The notes: generated from the sequence alone by a model not told the origin. Positions 43,990 to 53,315 are shown, numbered from the stretch's first letter. The stretch: DNA of 64,000 bases from Candidatus Krumholzibacteriia bacterium (GCA_029865265.1 JAOUHG010000002.1:98357-162356), one strand, 5' to 3'. Numbers and translations: made by a program.

Positions 43990-44058
43990 CCGCAAAAACG
44001 CAATCTTTTGCCCCGGCCCCGCCGCCGGCACGGGCCTCGACGGCAGAGCCGGGGTCCG
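43990..44058 (-). terminator. GC-rich hairpin plus T-run (GGCAAAAGATTGCGTTTTT) after the 44070..44471 gene
   Basis: Minus strand CCCCGGC...GCCGGGG extended imperfect stem immediately after the stop, followed by a T-rich stretch. Confidence 0.35.
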
Positions 44059-44069
44059 GTGAGGATTCG

Positions 44070-44471
44070 CTAGCGCGTCTTGTGCAGCGGGCAGGAGAAG
44101 TACACGCCGGTGGCCTGGAAGTCGTTGAGGTCGAGGTCCTCGACACCGCACGCATTGGCGTACTTGCCCCCGTCCACCCCCGGCTTCAGCACGAACTCCT
44201 GCCACCGCCCGCCGTTGTAGCGGCCGTAGCCCGGCGCGGCGTCGGAGATGGCGCCGATGCCGTCGCGAAAACCGGCCGGGCTCTTATAGAGGGCGTCGAA
44301 GTTGCCCGCCCCGGGGCTCACGTTGGCGGGGGTGCCAAAGGTGTTGTACACCTCGCAACCGGCCCAGATCAGGCCGCGCTGGTCCGGCGGTGCCGCGCGG
44401 GTAACCGCCACCGCGGCGGCGATTGACAGGACGCAGCCGACTGCCAGGAATCGAATCCAGTTGGATCGCAT
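44070..44471 (-). CDS. Small secreted Cys-containing protein, 133 aa, unknown function
   Basis: ATG at 44471 gives MRSNWIRFLAVGCVLSIAAAVAVTRAAPP (signal peptide). Four Cys in the mature part. No family recognised. Confidence 0.45.
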   Translation of the reverse strand: MRSNWIRFLAVGCVLSIAAAVAVTRAAPPDQRGLIWAGCEVYNTFGTPANVSPGAGNFDALYKSPAGFRDGIGAISDAAPGYGRYNGGRWQEFVLKPGVDGGKYANACGVEDLDLNDFQATGVYFSCPLHKTR

Positions 44472-44556
44472 GAGAGTCCTCCTTCGTTTCGGTCGTGTGG
44501 GGTTTGTCCCCGATACGAAGCCGGACCATGGATTGGATGAGAGGCGTTGCGGGGCA

Positions 44557-45591
44557 TCACACCGCGATACGGATGCGCCGTTCGCGCACCGGCGCGTCGC
44601 CACGCGAACCCGCCGCGGCGGCACGCAACAGGTCGAATATCTCCGACCCCAGCACGTCGATCTCGGTGAACTTGTAGTTCTCCTCCCCGAAGCGGCGCAC
44701 GGTCTCGGTCTGGCGCGCGAGCATGCGGGCGTCCTGCCGGAAGATGCGCATGGCGAAACGGCGCAGCAGCGGGCGCACCATCCAGCCCGGCACCGGCAGC
44801 CGGTAGGAGAACATCACCGCCAGGCGCGTGCGGTAGTCGCCCAGCGGTGCCAGTGCGGCGGAGATGCACAGGCCGGACTCGCCCAGGCGATACTCCACCT
44901 GGGCCACCGACGGCAGGATGAAGCGGTCGAAGTGGACCACTTCGCCCCCGCGCGGCGCCAACAGGCGGGCGACGACGCCGGGCGGGCGCGATTCGCCGAT
45001 GTACTCGGCCTCGACGCGGTCGGGATGGCGGCGCACCACCACCTCGATTTCCCGTCGCGGGCGATCCTCGCTGCGAAAGAGTCCGCCGTGCAGAAAGGCG
45101 GTGTGCGGAACGTCGAGCGCGTTCTCCGCCACCGCGTGCAGCGAGGCGTCGACGTCGAGGGTCTCACGCGCGCTGCTCCAGCCGCGCACCCCCACATACG
45201 GAAACTGAAACGGCTCGCGCAGCGGGGGGGTGTCCTCCCTGCCGTACACCCACACGAAGCCCTGCGACTCGCGGGTTGCGTACGCCGCGGCGCGCCGCTC
45301 GCGCGCGCGCACGTCGCCCACCAGCCCCGGCACGGCGCGACACTGCCCCGCGGGGTCGAACTGCCAGCCGTGATACGCGCACTGGATGCACTCGCCCCGC
45401 ACCCGGCCCAGCGACAGGGGAACGTTGCGGTGCGGGCAGCGGTCGGCGAGCGCAGCCGCCTGCCCGCCGGCGGTGCGAAACAGCACCACGGGCACGCCGA
45501 ACAGGGACGCCGCCAGCGGTTGCGACCGCAACTGCTCGGACCGGCACAGCGGGTACCAGTCGTCGCGGACGTGTGCAATGAAACGGTGCAT
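44557..45591 (-). CDS. Rieske [2Fe-2S] non-heme iron oxygenase (PaO/KshA-like alpha subunit type)
   Basis: ATG at 45591. Rieske ligands CPHRNVPL...CAYHGW. Downstream mononuclear iron region with His-rich blocks (DVPHTAFLHG). Confidence 0.7.
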   Translation of the reverse strand: MHRFIAHVRDDWYPLCRSEQLRSQPLAASLFGVPVVLFRTAGGQAAALADRCPHRNVPLSLGRVRGECIQCAYHGWQFDPAGQCRAVPGLVGDVRARERRAAAYATRESQGFVWVYGREDTPPLREPFQFPYVGVRGWSSARETLDVDASLHAVAENALDVPHTAFLHGGLFRSEDRPRREIEVVVRRHPDRVEAEYIGESRPPGVVARLLAPRGGEVVHFDRFILPSVAQVEYRLGESGLCISAALAPLGDYRTRLAVMFSYRLPVPGWMVRPLLRRFAMRIFRQDARMLARQTETVRRFGEENYKFTEIDVLGSEIFDLLRAAAAGSRGDAPVRERRIRIAV

Positions 45592-45720
45592 GTCACGCAG
45601 TATAGCGCATGCATGGCGGGCGTGCACGACACCGCTGCGACGCGATTTCCGCAGCGCGATTTCAAATGTTTCGCGCGAGGACCATGAGCGGAGGAGCGGT
45701 GTCGTGCGCAGCCGCTGGAA

Positions 45721-45882
45721 TCAGGATGACTTCGACGACTTCGTGGTGCGGACGGCCTCGGCGAGCCCGCAGTGGTCGCACTTGCTGCCCGCGCGGCGGC
45801 GGCGCAGCCGGCCGGTGACGAGCCAGGCCACGGCGGCGATGACGGCCGCGAGTACAAGGATGGTTTGCAGCGTGTTCGACAT
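45721..45882 (-). CDS. FeoB-associated Cys-rich small membrane protein (53 aa)
   Basis: MSNTLQTILVLAAVIAAVAWLVTGRLRRRRAGSKCDHCGLAE... One TM helix, a basic stretch and a CxxC. Starts 6 nt after the feoB stop. Confidence 0.5.
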   Translation of the reverse strand: MSNTLQTILVLAAVIAAVAWLVTGRLRRRRAGSKCDHCGLAEAVRTTKSSKSS

Positions 45883-45887
45883 GCTAT

Positions 45888-48125
45888 CTATCCCAGGCCG
45901 ATGAGCCGCCCGCCCTGGAACACGGCAAAGCTCACAATCCACGCGAGCGCGTTCATCATCACCATCATGAACAGCGGCCAGCGCCACGAGTTGGTTTCGC
46001 GCCGCACCACCGCCACCGTCGACATGCACTGGCAGGCCAGCACGAAGAACACCATCAGGCTCACCGCGGTGAGGGAGGAGTAGGCGCGCGCACCCGTCTC
46101 CGCGTCCGTGGCCAGGCGCAGCTTGTCGCGCAGTGTGTGCAGGCCCGCGTCGCTCTCGCCCAGGTTGAACACCGTGGCCATGGTCGACACCATGACCTCA
46201 CGCGCCGCGAACGAGGTGATCAATCCGATGCCGATGCGCCAGTCGAACCCCAGTGGCTCGATGAGCGGCTCCAGCAGGCGCCCGCCGCGGCCCGCAAACG
46301 AGTCGCGCAGGTTCAGCCCGGCCAGTTCGTTGCGCAGTGCGTCGGCGGTGACGACGTCACCGGCCTGCGCGGCGACATCGATGCGCGCCTCCAACTCCCT
46401 GCCCTGCTCGCCCGCACCCGGGTAGGAGGCGAGGAACCACAGGATGATCGATACGGCCAGGATCACCGTGCCCGCCTTCTGCAGGAAGAGCAGGCTGCGT
46501 TCGCGCACCGTGTGCACGACCGTGCGCCACGCCGGCATGCGGTACGGCGGCAATTCCATGACGTACAGCGGTTTTCCGCCCCGCAGCGCCGTGCGCTTGA
46601 GCACCGCCGCCACCGCGATGGCGGCCACGATACCGAGGAAGTACATCGAGAACAGCGTGATACCCGGCAGGGTGAGGAAGCCGATGCGCGTGCGCGGGAT
46701 GAACGCACCGATCAGCACCGCGTACACCGGCAGCCGCGCCGAACATGACATGAAGGGCGCGATCATCATGGTGGTGATGCGGTCGCGCCGGTTGTCGATG
46801 GTGCGCGTGGCCATGATGCCCGGGATGGCGCAGGCGAACGACGACAGCAGCGGGATGAAGGAACGTCCGGAGAGGCCCACCCGCCCCATCACCCGGTCCA
46901 TGATGAATGCGGCGCGGGCCATGTAGCCCGACCCCTCCATCACGGAGAGGAAGAAGAACAGCACCGCGATCTGCGGCACGAATATCAGCGTCGCCCCCAC
47001 ACCCGCGATCACCCCGTCCACCACCAGCGAGCGCAGGGGGCCGTCGGGCAGGTGCGCCCCCACGAAACTCCCGAACATGGATACCGACGAATCGATCCAG
47101 TCCATGGCCGGCGCAGCCCACTCGAACACCGACTGGAAGATCGCTCCCATCAGCAGCACGAAGATGACGGGGCCGAAGATGCGGTGTGTCAGCACGCGAT
47201 CGATGCGCGCGCGTGTGCGCGCCTCCTTGCCCTCGCCGCGGCTGGAAACCGCCACCTCCATGATGTCGTCGATGGCTTCGTAGACGCCGCGCGCGTCGTC
47301 AACGCGCCAGTCCGGCCAGCTCTGGTCGAGGCGGCGGCGCAGCACGCGCAGGTCGTCCTGCACGTCGGGCGGCACGAAACGCGCGATGGCGTCGTCCTCG
47401 CCGTCGTCGAGCAGGATCGCGGCCGCCAGGTCGGTGCGTCCGGTGGACGAGAGTAGCCCGCGCCGCGGCAGGCGCGCGCTCAGGCTGTCCAGTACGCGCT
47501 GCACCGGTGCGGGGCGCTGCCGGAAGGTGCGCGCCGACGGCGCCACTTCGCGCTCCATCAGGCGGCGCAGGTTGCCGATGCCGATTCCCTTGGCCGCGGA
47601 TATTGACACCACCGGCACGCCGAGGCGAAGCTGCAGGGTCTCCTCGTCGATGGAAATACCTTCGGCGCGCGCAGCGTCTATCATGTTGAGCGCGAGCACC
47701 ACGGGGCGCCCGATGCTGATCAGTTGCAGTGCGAGAAACAACTGCCGCTCCAGCTGGGTGGAATCGACGACGAAGACCACCAGGTCCGGCGACGGCGTAT
47801 CGGGGGAGAGCCCGAAGAGCACGTCGCGCACGATCATCTCGTCGGGCGATCCGGGGTGGAGGCTGTAGGTGCCGGGCAGGTCGAGCACGTCCACGCGACC
47901 GCCGGACGGCAGCGCGCACCGGCCCACCTTCTTCTCCACGGTGACGCCGGCGTAGTTGCCCACCTTGGCGCGCATCCCGGTGAGCCGGTTGAAGAGGGTC
48001 GACTTCCCGGAGTTGGGATTGCCGAGGATCGCGACGACGCGCGTCTTCTCCGGGTCGCCGTCGGGGCCGCCCACGACCCGCAGGCCGCCGCGGCGCGGGC
48101 GGATCAGTTCAGACAGGCTCGACAT
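45888..48125 (-). CDS. feoB: Ferrous iron transporter B
   Basis: G-domain GNPNSGKSTLFNRLTG, then DLPGTYSL, followed by a polytopic membrane domain. 745 aa. Confidence 0.9.
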   Translation of the reverse strand: MSSLSELIRPRRGGLRVVGGPDGDPEKTRVVAILGNPNSGKSTLFNRLTGMRAKVGNYAGVTVEKKVGRCALPSGGRVDVLDLPGTYSLHPGSPDEMIVRDVLFGLSPDTPSPDLVVFVVDSTQLERQLFLALQLISIGRPVVLALNMIDAARAEGISIDEETLQLRLGVPVVSISAAKGIGIGNLRRLMEREVAPSARTFRQRPAPVQRVLDSLSARLPRRGLLSSTGRTDLAAAILLDDGEDDAIARFVPPDVQDDLRVLRRRLDQSWPDWRVDDARGVYEAIDDIMEVAVSSRGEGKEARTRARIDRVLTHRIFGPVIFVLLMGAIFQSVFEWAAPAMDWIDSSVSMFGSFVGAHLPDGPLRSLVVDGVIAGVGATLIFVPQIAVLFFFLSVMEGSGYMARAAFIMDRVMGRVGLSGRSFIPLLSSFACAIPGIMATRTIDNRRDRITTMMIAPFMSCSARLPVYAVLIGAFIPRTRIGFLTLPGITLFSMYFLGIVAAIAVAAVLKRTALRGGKPLYVMELPPYRMPAWRTVVHTVRERSLLFLQKAGTVILAVSIILWFLASYPGAGEQGRELEARIDVAAQAGDVVTADALRNELAGLNLRDSFAGRGGRLLEPLIEPLGFDWRIGIGLITSFAAREVMVSTMATVFNLGESDAGLHTLRDKLRLATDAETGARAYSSLTAVSLMVFFVLACQCMSTVAVVRRETNSWRWPLFMMVMMNALAWIVSFAVFQGGRLIGLG

Positions 48126-48342
48126 GGACCCGGGCGGCCTCCGAGCGCCGCAGCGAGAGGTGCGTTCCGCGCACGACCAGCTCCAGCGGATCCCCGAGCG
48201 GCGCGGAACGAACGTAGTGAACGGGGGTGCCGGGCACGAGCCCCAGGTCCATCAGACGGCGCACCAGCGGACCGCCACCGACGATGTCCTGGATGATGGC
48301 GCGAGCGCCCGGTGTCAGATGGTCGAGACGAACCGTCTTCAT
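48109..48342 (-). CDS. feoA: Ferrous iron transport protein A
   Basis: 77-aa SH3-like FeoA (...LMDLGLVPGTPVHYVRSAPLGDPLELVVRG...). Overlaps the feoB start. Confidence 0.8.
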   Translation of the reverse strand: MKTVRLDHLTPGARAIIQDIVGGGPLVRRLMDLGLVPGTPVHYVRSAPLGDPLELVVRGTHLSLRRSEAARVHVEPV

Positions 48343-48902
48343 CGCGTGCGCTCCGCGGCGACGCGGGGCCGGGGCAGGTCGCGCGCGATCATCTCGACCA
48401 GGCAGTGTTCTTCACAGATATCACACGCTTCCACGTCGTGGTGCGGGCACACGCGCCGCGTGCGCCGGTAGCGATCCAGAACCGGCGCGGTATCCTCTTC
48501 GCCGGAGCTGAGGATCGCGGTGAGACGCAACAGCCGCGTCATCGCCTCCTGGCTCACCAGGTGCTCGATCATACAGGCATCTTCGTTGGCCACCTCGGCG
48601 GGGACGCCGAGCACATCGCGAAAGAAGACGGTAAGCAATTCGCGGTTGCACTGGGTGCGCGCGGCGAGTTCCTTTCCGGTATCGGTGAGTTCCACGCAGC
48701 CGTAACGCTCGTGGTCCACCAGGCCACGGGCGGCCAGGGAGCGCAGCATGGAGGTAACACCGCTCTTGGAGACCCCGAGGTGGTCGGCGATGTCGCCGAC
48801 ACGCGCGAATCCCTTCTCCTTCTTGAGCGCGGCCACCGCCTGCAGGTAGTGAGCCATCGAGTGGGAGAGTTCCTTTTCCTGATAGCGCTTCCAGATTTCC
48901 AT
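48339..48902 (-). CDS. DtxR/MntR-family metal-dependent transcriptional repressor with an unusual Cys/His-rich C-terminal tail
   Basis: N-terminal wHTH plus dimerisation region (SHSMAHYLQAVAAL...ADHLGVSKSGVTSMLRSLAARGLVDHE). C-terminus VCPHHDVEACDICEEHC replaces the usual SH3-like domain. Overlaps feoA (ATGA). Confidence 0.8.
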   Translation of the reverse strand: MEIWKRYQEKELSHSMAHYLQAVAALKKEKGFARVGDIADHLGVSKSGVTSMLRSLAARGLVDHERYGCVELTDTGKELAARTQCNRELLTVFFRDVLGVPAEVANEDACMIEHLVSQEAMTRLLRLTAILSSGEEDTAPVLDRYRRTRRVCPHHDVEACDICEEHCLVEMIARDLPRPRVAAERTR

Positions 48903-48956
48903 GACTGCCCGTCCGTGTTAGGGATGACGAATAGTGTTTAGTCCACTTAATCTAAC

Positions 48957-48972
48957 AAGACAAGGTTGTCTT
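48957..48972. promoter_or_regulatory. AT-rich perfect palindrome AAGACAA-GG-TTGTCTT in the divergent dtxR-feo / yjbQ promoter region; candidate operator
   Basis: 7+7 bp perfect inverted repeat in an AT-rich island within a ~70% GC genome. It sits in the 160-nt gap between the divergent gene starts, next to a second imperfect repeat TGTTTAG-N11-CTAACA. Confidence 0.35.
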
Positions 48973-49063
48973 TTTCAAGCCCCAACTCGGGAATCTTTGC
49001 GCCAATCCCACCCCGGGACGAAACCCTCCCGGCGGGGGCGACCGATGTGCTAAGCTCATTGCC

Positions 49064-49492
49064 ATGAAATGGTTACAACGGCAAATCGACCTGGCCCCGC
49101 GGGCACGGGGCTTTCACCTGGTCACCGCGGAGATCCTGAGGGCGCTGCCCGAACTGGCCGGATTCCGCGTGGGGGTCGCCCACCTGTTCCTGCTCCACAC
49201 CTCGGCGTCGCTGTGCGTCAACGAGAATGCCGACCCCGACGTGCGCGGTGACCTGGAGCGGCATTTCAACCTGCTCGCCCCGGAGAGCGCCCCGCACTAT
49301 GAACATACCGTCGAGGGCCCGGACGACATGCCGGCGCACATCAAGGCCGCGCTCATCGGAACCGGCATCAGCATCCCCATCACCGGCGGCGCCTTCAACC
49401 TGGGCACGTGGCAGGGGATCTTTCTGTGCGAGCACCGCGACCGCGCCGGGTCGCGCAGCCTCGTGGTCACCATCCAGGGAGAAGACGGCTAG
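49064..49492 (+). CDS. YjbQ/UPF0047 family protein (secondary thiamine-phosphate synthase-like)
   Basis: MKWLQRQIDLAPRARGFHLVT...HTSASLCVNENADPDVRGDL...GTWQGIFLCEHRD matches the conserved YjbQ blocks. Confidence 0.8.
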   Translation: MKWLQRQIDLAPRARGFHLVTAEILRALPELAGFRVGVAHLFLLHTSASLCVNENADPDVRGDLERHFNLLAPESAPHYEHTVEGPDDMPAHIKAALIGTGISIPITGGAFNLGTWQGIFLCEHRDRAGSRSLVVTIQGEDG

Positions 49493-50679
49493 ACCTGCGA
49501 CGCGGCTGGCACCACTGGTTGCGTCACGCGCGTGGCGTGCAGCACCAGCCACGCCCCCACCGCCGATACGAGTGCGCACACGAACCACACCATGCGCGGA
49601 TCAAGCGCAAACAGCGCCGTGCCTCCGACAGGTCCCAGCACCGCACCGAAACCCCACGCGATCCCCCACGCACCCTGGTAGCGCCCGCGCATATCGGGTG
49701 GCGACACGTTGGCCACGTGTGCGGAGGCCATTGGAAAGTAGAGCATCTCGCCGACCGTCCAGACTACGACCGTGAGCATGAGCAGCGGGACGCTGCGCAC
49801 GAATCCCGTCATGAGAAAGCCGGCCCCGATTACCAGCATCCCCAGCGTCATCACGCGCCGCGCCGGGCGCCGCCGCGTGTACGAGGTCAGCGGCAGTTCG
49901 GTGAGACAGATGATGACGCCGTTCATCGAAATCAGGATGCCGAACATGGCGCTCGAGTGCCCGTAGGCCTCGACCTGCAGCGGGTAGCTGGAAACGAACT
50001 GCATGAAGACCGCGGAGGCGGCCAGCGTCGACGCAATGAAGAGCAGGAAAGGCGTGTCGCGCAGAATGACCGGCAACGCGCTGCGGCGTTCGTCCGTTTC
50101 GTGCTGCTCACCGACGCGGTTGGGCAGCGCAAACAGCGCGATGCCCGCGTAGATCACCGAGGTGATGGCATCACCGACGAAGAGGAGCGTGAAGGAACGC
50201 TCCGCGATGAACCCGCCCACCGCGGGGCCGACCGCGAAGCCCAGGTTGATGGCGAGACGGTACAGCGCGTAGGCGGTCACCCGCTGCGCGGGTTCGGTGA
50301 CGTCCGCGATGAGCGCCGACGCAGCCGGCCGGTACAGCTCGGCGCAGAAGCCGGCCAACGCGGCGAGAACCACCAGCAGCAGGTAGCCTTCGGCACCCAG
50401 GAAGGCGAGCATGACCGCGGCGGAAAGCAGCATCGACAGCACGATGCTGTTGCGCCGCCCGATGTGGTCCGCCAGCCACCCGCCAACGATGGACGCGCCA
50501 ATCGCACCCACGCCGTAAGCGCCCAGGGCGAAGCCCGCCTGTGGCGCGCTGAACCCTTTGCGCGTGAGGTACAGTGCCAGGAACACCAGCACGAAACTCC
50601 CGAAACGGTTGACCAGGGTCCCCGCAAACAGGACCCACACCGGCCGGGGCATGACAGCGATATCGGTTCGAAGTGACAT
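49489..50679 (-). CDS. MFS transporter
   Basis: 12 predicted TM helices. MFS motif-A-like GRRNSIV / DHIGRR after TM2. Confidence 0.8.
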   Translation of the reverse strand: MSLRTDIAVMPRPVWVLFAGTLVNRFGSFVLVFLALYLTRKGFSAPQAGFALGAYGVGAIGASIVGGWLADHIGRRNSIVLSMLLSAAVMLAFLGAEGYLLLVVLAALAGFCAELYRPAASALIADVTEPAQRVTAYALYRLAINLGFAVGPAVGGFIAERSFTLLFVGDAITSVIYAGIALFALPNRVGEQHETDERRSALPVILRDTPFLLFIASTLAASAVFMQFVSSYPLQVEAYGHSSAMFGILISMNGVIICLTELPLTSYTRRRPARRVMTLGMLVIGAGFLMTGFVRSVPLLMLTVVVWTVGEMLYFPMASAHVANVSPPDMRGRYQGAWGIAWGFGAVLGPVGGTALFALDPRMVWFVCALVSAVGAWLVLHATRVTQPVVPAASQV

Positions 50680-50933
50680 GGTTCTGGTCCGCCGAAGCGC
50701 GACAGTCTAGCGCCCGCCGGGAGCGGCTGGCAAGGGACGCGTGCTTGACGGTCTGCGACGTGCGCGGGCGGCGGGTGCGGCAACTGTGGACGGGAATGCT
50801 GGCGAGCGGGCGAACCCTGGTGCCATGGGACGGCCGCGACGACCGCGGCGTGGCGGTCCCATCGGGCGTGTACTTCCTGCGCGCCACGGCGGGCGCCGCG
50901 GCGGACGTGACCCGGGTGGTACGGGTGCGCTAG
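50673..50933 (+). pseudogene. Orphan remnant of a T9SS type-A C-terminal sorting domain (last ~60 codons of a lost cargo gene)
   Basis: The frame translates ...LTVCDVRGRRVRQLWTGMLASGRTLVPWDGRDDRGVAVPSGVYFLRATAGAAADVTRVVRVR*, matching the tail pattern (IYDVRGRxV...WDGRDxxG..V.SGVYFYR...). No upstream body or signal peptide. Wedged between the MFS start and the fabV stop. Confidence 0.4.
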
Positions 50934-52117
50934 ACCGCCTCTTCGAACGCCACCACCGGGTCGACGTCGGCGTCGTAGTCGACCCCGGCCAGACCGAAAC
51001 CGAACAGCTTCAGAAACTCCGCCCGGTAGCCATCAAAGTCGGTCAACGTGTTGAGATTCCCGGTGGTGATGGACGGCCAAACGCGGTCCACCTCCGCCTG
51101 CACGTCCTCGCGCATCTCCCAGTCGTCCAGGCGCAGGCGTCCCTTCTGGTCCACCGGCGTGTCCCCCGCGGCGTAGAGCCGCGCGAACATGCGCTGCGTC
51201 TGTTCGATGCACCCCTCGTGGGTGCCGTTCTCCTTCATGATCTTGAAGAGCAGCGAGATGTACAGCGGCACCACCGGAATGGCGGAACTCGCCTGGGTGA
51301 CGACGGCCTTCATCACCGACACGAACGCGTGGCCGCCCTTTGCCGCCAGGCGCGCATCGATCGCCTTGCCGGCACGCTCCAGGTCCTCCTTGGCGCGGCC
51401 GATGGTGCCGTCGCGATAGATGGGCCAGGTGAGCCGGGGGCCGATATACGTGTACGCCACGCTGCGGCAGCCGTCCGCGAGGAGCCCCGCGCCGTCCAGC
51501 ACGTCCACCCACATCTCCCAGTCCTCGCCGCCCATGACCTGGATGGTTTCGCGGATCTCTTCTTCGTTCGCGGGCTCGATGGTGACATCACCCACCACGG
51601 CGCGGTCGGTATCGACGGTCTTGCCGTGGTAGGTGGCGCCGATGGGCTTCAAGGTCGACTTGCTCGTCTCACCCGTCCCCGGAAGCGTGCGCTTGGGCGA
51701 GGCCAGGCTGTAGACCAGCAGGTCGATGGGGCCAATGCCGCGCAGCATTTCGATGGTGCGCGCCTTGGCCTCATCGGAGTACGCGTCGACGTTGAGGCTC
51801 CGCGCCACCAGACCCGCCGCGCGCGCTTCGCTTTCGAACGCAACCGAGTTGTACCAGCCCGCGGTGGCGGGGCGGTTGTCGGCTGGCGGCCGCTCGAGGA
51901 ACACACCCACCGTGGCCGCGCCGCACCCGAATGCGGCGTTTATGCGCGAACCCAGGCCGTAACCGGTCGACGCGCCCACCACCAGCACGCGTTTGGGACC
52001 ACCCGCAAGCGTGGGTTTGGAGCGCACGAATTCAACCTGCTCGCGCACATTGGCCGTGCAACCGGTGGGATGGGTGGTGACACACACGAATCCACGAACC
52101 TTCGGCTTGATGATCAT
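50930..52117 (-). CDS. fabV: trans-2-enoyl-CoA/ACP reductase
   Basis: MIIKPKVRGFVCVTTHPTGCTANVREQVEFV...VVGASTGYGLGSRI is the diagnostic FabV/TER N-terminus. Confidence 0.9.
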   Translation of the reverse strand: MIIKPKVRGFVCVTTHPTGCTANVREQVEFVRSKPTLAGGPKRVLVVGASTGYGLGSRINAAFGCGAATVGVFLERPPADNRPATAGWYNSVAFESEARAAGLVARSLNVDAYSDEAKARTIEMLRGIGPIDLLVYSLASPKRTLPGTGETSKSTLKPIGATYHGKTVDTDRAVVGDVTIEPANEEEIRETIQVMGGEDWEMWVDVLDGAGLLADGCRSVAYTYIGPRLTWPIYRDGTIGRAKEDLERAGKAIDARLAAKGGHAFVSVMKAVVTQASSAIPVVPLYISLLFKIMKENGTHEGCIEQTQRMFARLYAAGDTPVDQKGRLRLDDWEMREDVQAEVDRVWPSITTGNLNTLTDFDGYRAEFLKLFGFGLAGVDYDADVDPVVAFEEAV

Positions 52118-52129
52118 GGAGCTCCCTTC

Positions 52130-53167
52130 CTAGTCGATCACCGTGTCACGGCGGCGACGGTGAATCTCTTCCACAATGGCGTCGGTGACCGACCGGGTGG
52201 TGCCCGTGTGACCGAGGTCCGGCGTCAGCACCTGGGCGTGATCCCGGGTCACCGTGCGCACCGACTTGCGTATGCGCACGTACGATTCCGTGTCGCCCAG
52301 GTGGTGGCACATCATCGCTGCGGAGAGAATCATCGCGATGGGATTGGCGATGCCCTTGCCGGCGATGTCCGGCGCCGACCCGTGGATGGCCTCGAAGACC
52401 GCGCAATCCGGCCCGTAGTTCGCACCCGGCGCGAGACCCAGACCGCCGATCAGGCCGGCGGCCAGGTCGCTCACGATATCGCCGTAGAGATTCTCCAGCA
52501 ACAGCATGTCGTACTGCCCGGGGTTGGTCACCAGCTTCATGGCCAGCGCGTCGACCAGCACATCATCGAACTTGACGCGGCCTTCGTAGGGCAGCGACTC
52601 CTGGCGGGCGCACTCCAGGAACAGGCCGTCCGCTTTCTTCATGATGTTGGCCTTGTGCACCGCGGTCACGCGATGGCGCCCCCACTTGATGGCGTGCTCG
52701 AAGGCGAATTTGGCGATGCGCCGGCTGGCGGTCTCGGTGATGACCTTGATGGACGTCACCACGCCGGGCGCGACTTCGTTCTCGAGGCCGGCGTAGAGGC
52801 TCTCGGTGTTCTCGCGCACGATCACCAGGTCGGTCTTGCCGAAGGGCGTCTCCAGCCCCGGCACGGTCTTGACGGGACGAATATTGGCGTAGAGCGAGAG
52901 CTCCTTGCGCAAACGCACGTTGGCGGACACGTGCCCCTTGCCGATGGGCGTGGTGGTGGGCCCCTTGAGGGCCACGCCGCAGCGCCGGATCTCGTCCAGC
53001 ACCGCGGGCGGCAGCGTATCGCCGTGCGTCTCGAAGGCACCGGCCCCGATCTCCATGGGGATCCATTCGATCTCGGGCCCGGACGCGTCTACGACGCAGC
53101 GCGCCGCCTCCACCACCTCGGGGCCGATTCCGTCGCCCGGCAACAGGACGACCCGATGCTTTGCCAT
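52130..53167 (-). CDS. Isocitrate/isopropylmalate dehydrogenase family enzyme (likely NAD-dependent)
   Basis: VVLLPGDGIGPEV, ...NLYGDIVSDLAAGLIGGLGLAPGANYG. Confidence 0.7.
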   Translation of the reverse strand: MAKHRVVLLPGDGIGPEVVEAARCVVDASGPEIEWIPMEIGAGAFETHGDTLPPAVLDEIRRCGVALKGPTTTPIGKGHVSANVRLRKELSLYANIRPVKTVPGLETPFGKTDLVIVRENTESLYAGLENEVAPGVVTSIKVITETASRRIAKFAFEHAIKWGRHRVTAVHKANIMKKADGLFLECARQESLPYEGRVKFDDVLVDALAMKLVTNPGQYDMLLLENLYGDIVSDLAAGLIGGLGLAPGANYGPDCAVFEAIHGSAPDIAGKGIANPIAMILSAAMMCHHLGDTESYVRIRKSVRTVTRDHAQVLTPDLGHTGTTRSVTDAIVEEIHRRRRDTVID

Positions 53168-53213
53168 TCACAGTCCTCTCGATGATTGATAAGACGCGCG
53201 GAACGGGATTCAA

Positions 53214-53227
53214 CCGGTGATCACCGG
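53214..53227. promoter_or_regulatory. Perfect 14-bp palindrome CCGGTGATCACCGG ~47 nt upstream of the dehydrogenase start
   Basis: Read directly from the sequence. Possible operator. Confidence 0.25.
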
Positions 53228-53315
53228 ACGCGCGCATGGTAACACATCACGCACACGCTGTCACACGCCGGGCGGATTGTGCGCGCCGGGGCGCGCCGCC
53301 CCGGCCGCGAGGAGG

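Noticed and set aside
43930-44010. tRNA/tmRNA-like T-arm sequence (GGGTCAAGTCCCC) in the carA upstream region
   Set aside because: No acceptor stem, anticodon arm or CCA could be built around it. More simply explained as part of the promoter/leader and the upstream gene's terminator.
48990-49063. Possible TPP riboswitch upstream of the thiamine-related yjbQ
   Set aside because: Lacks the conserved CUGAGA/ACCUGAUCUGGAUAAUGCCAGCG elements; only generic GC hairpins.
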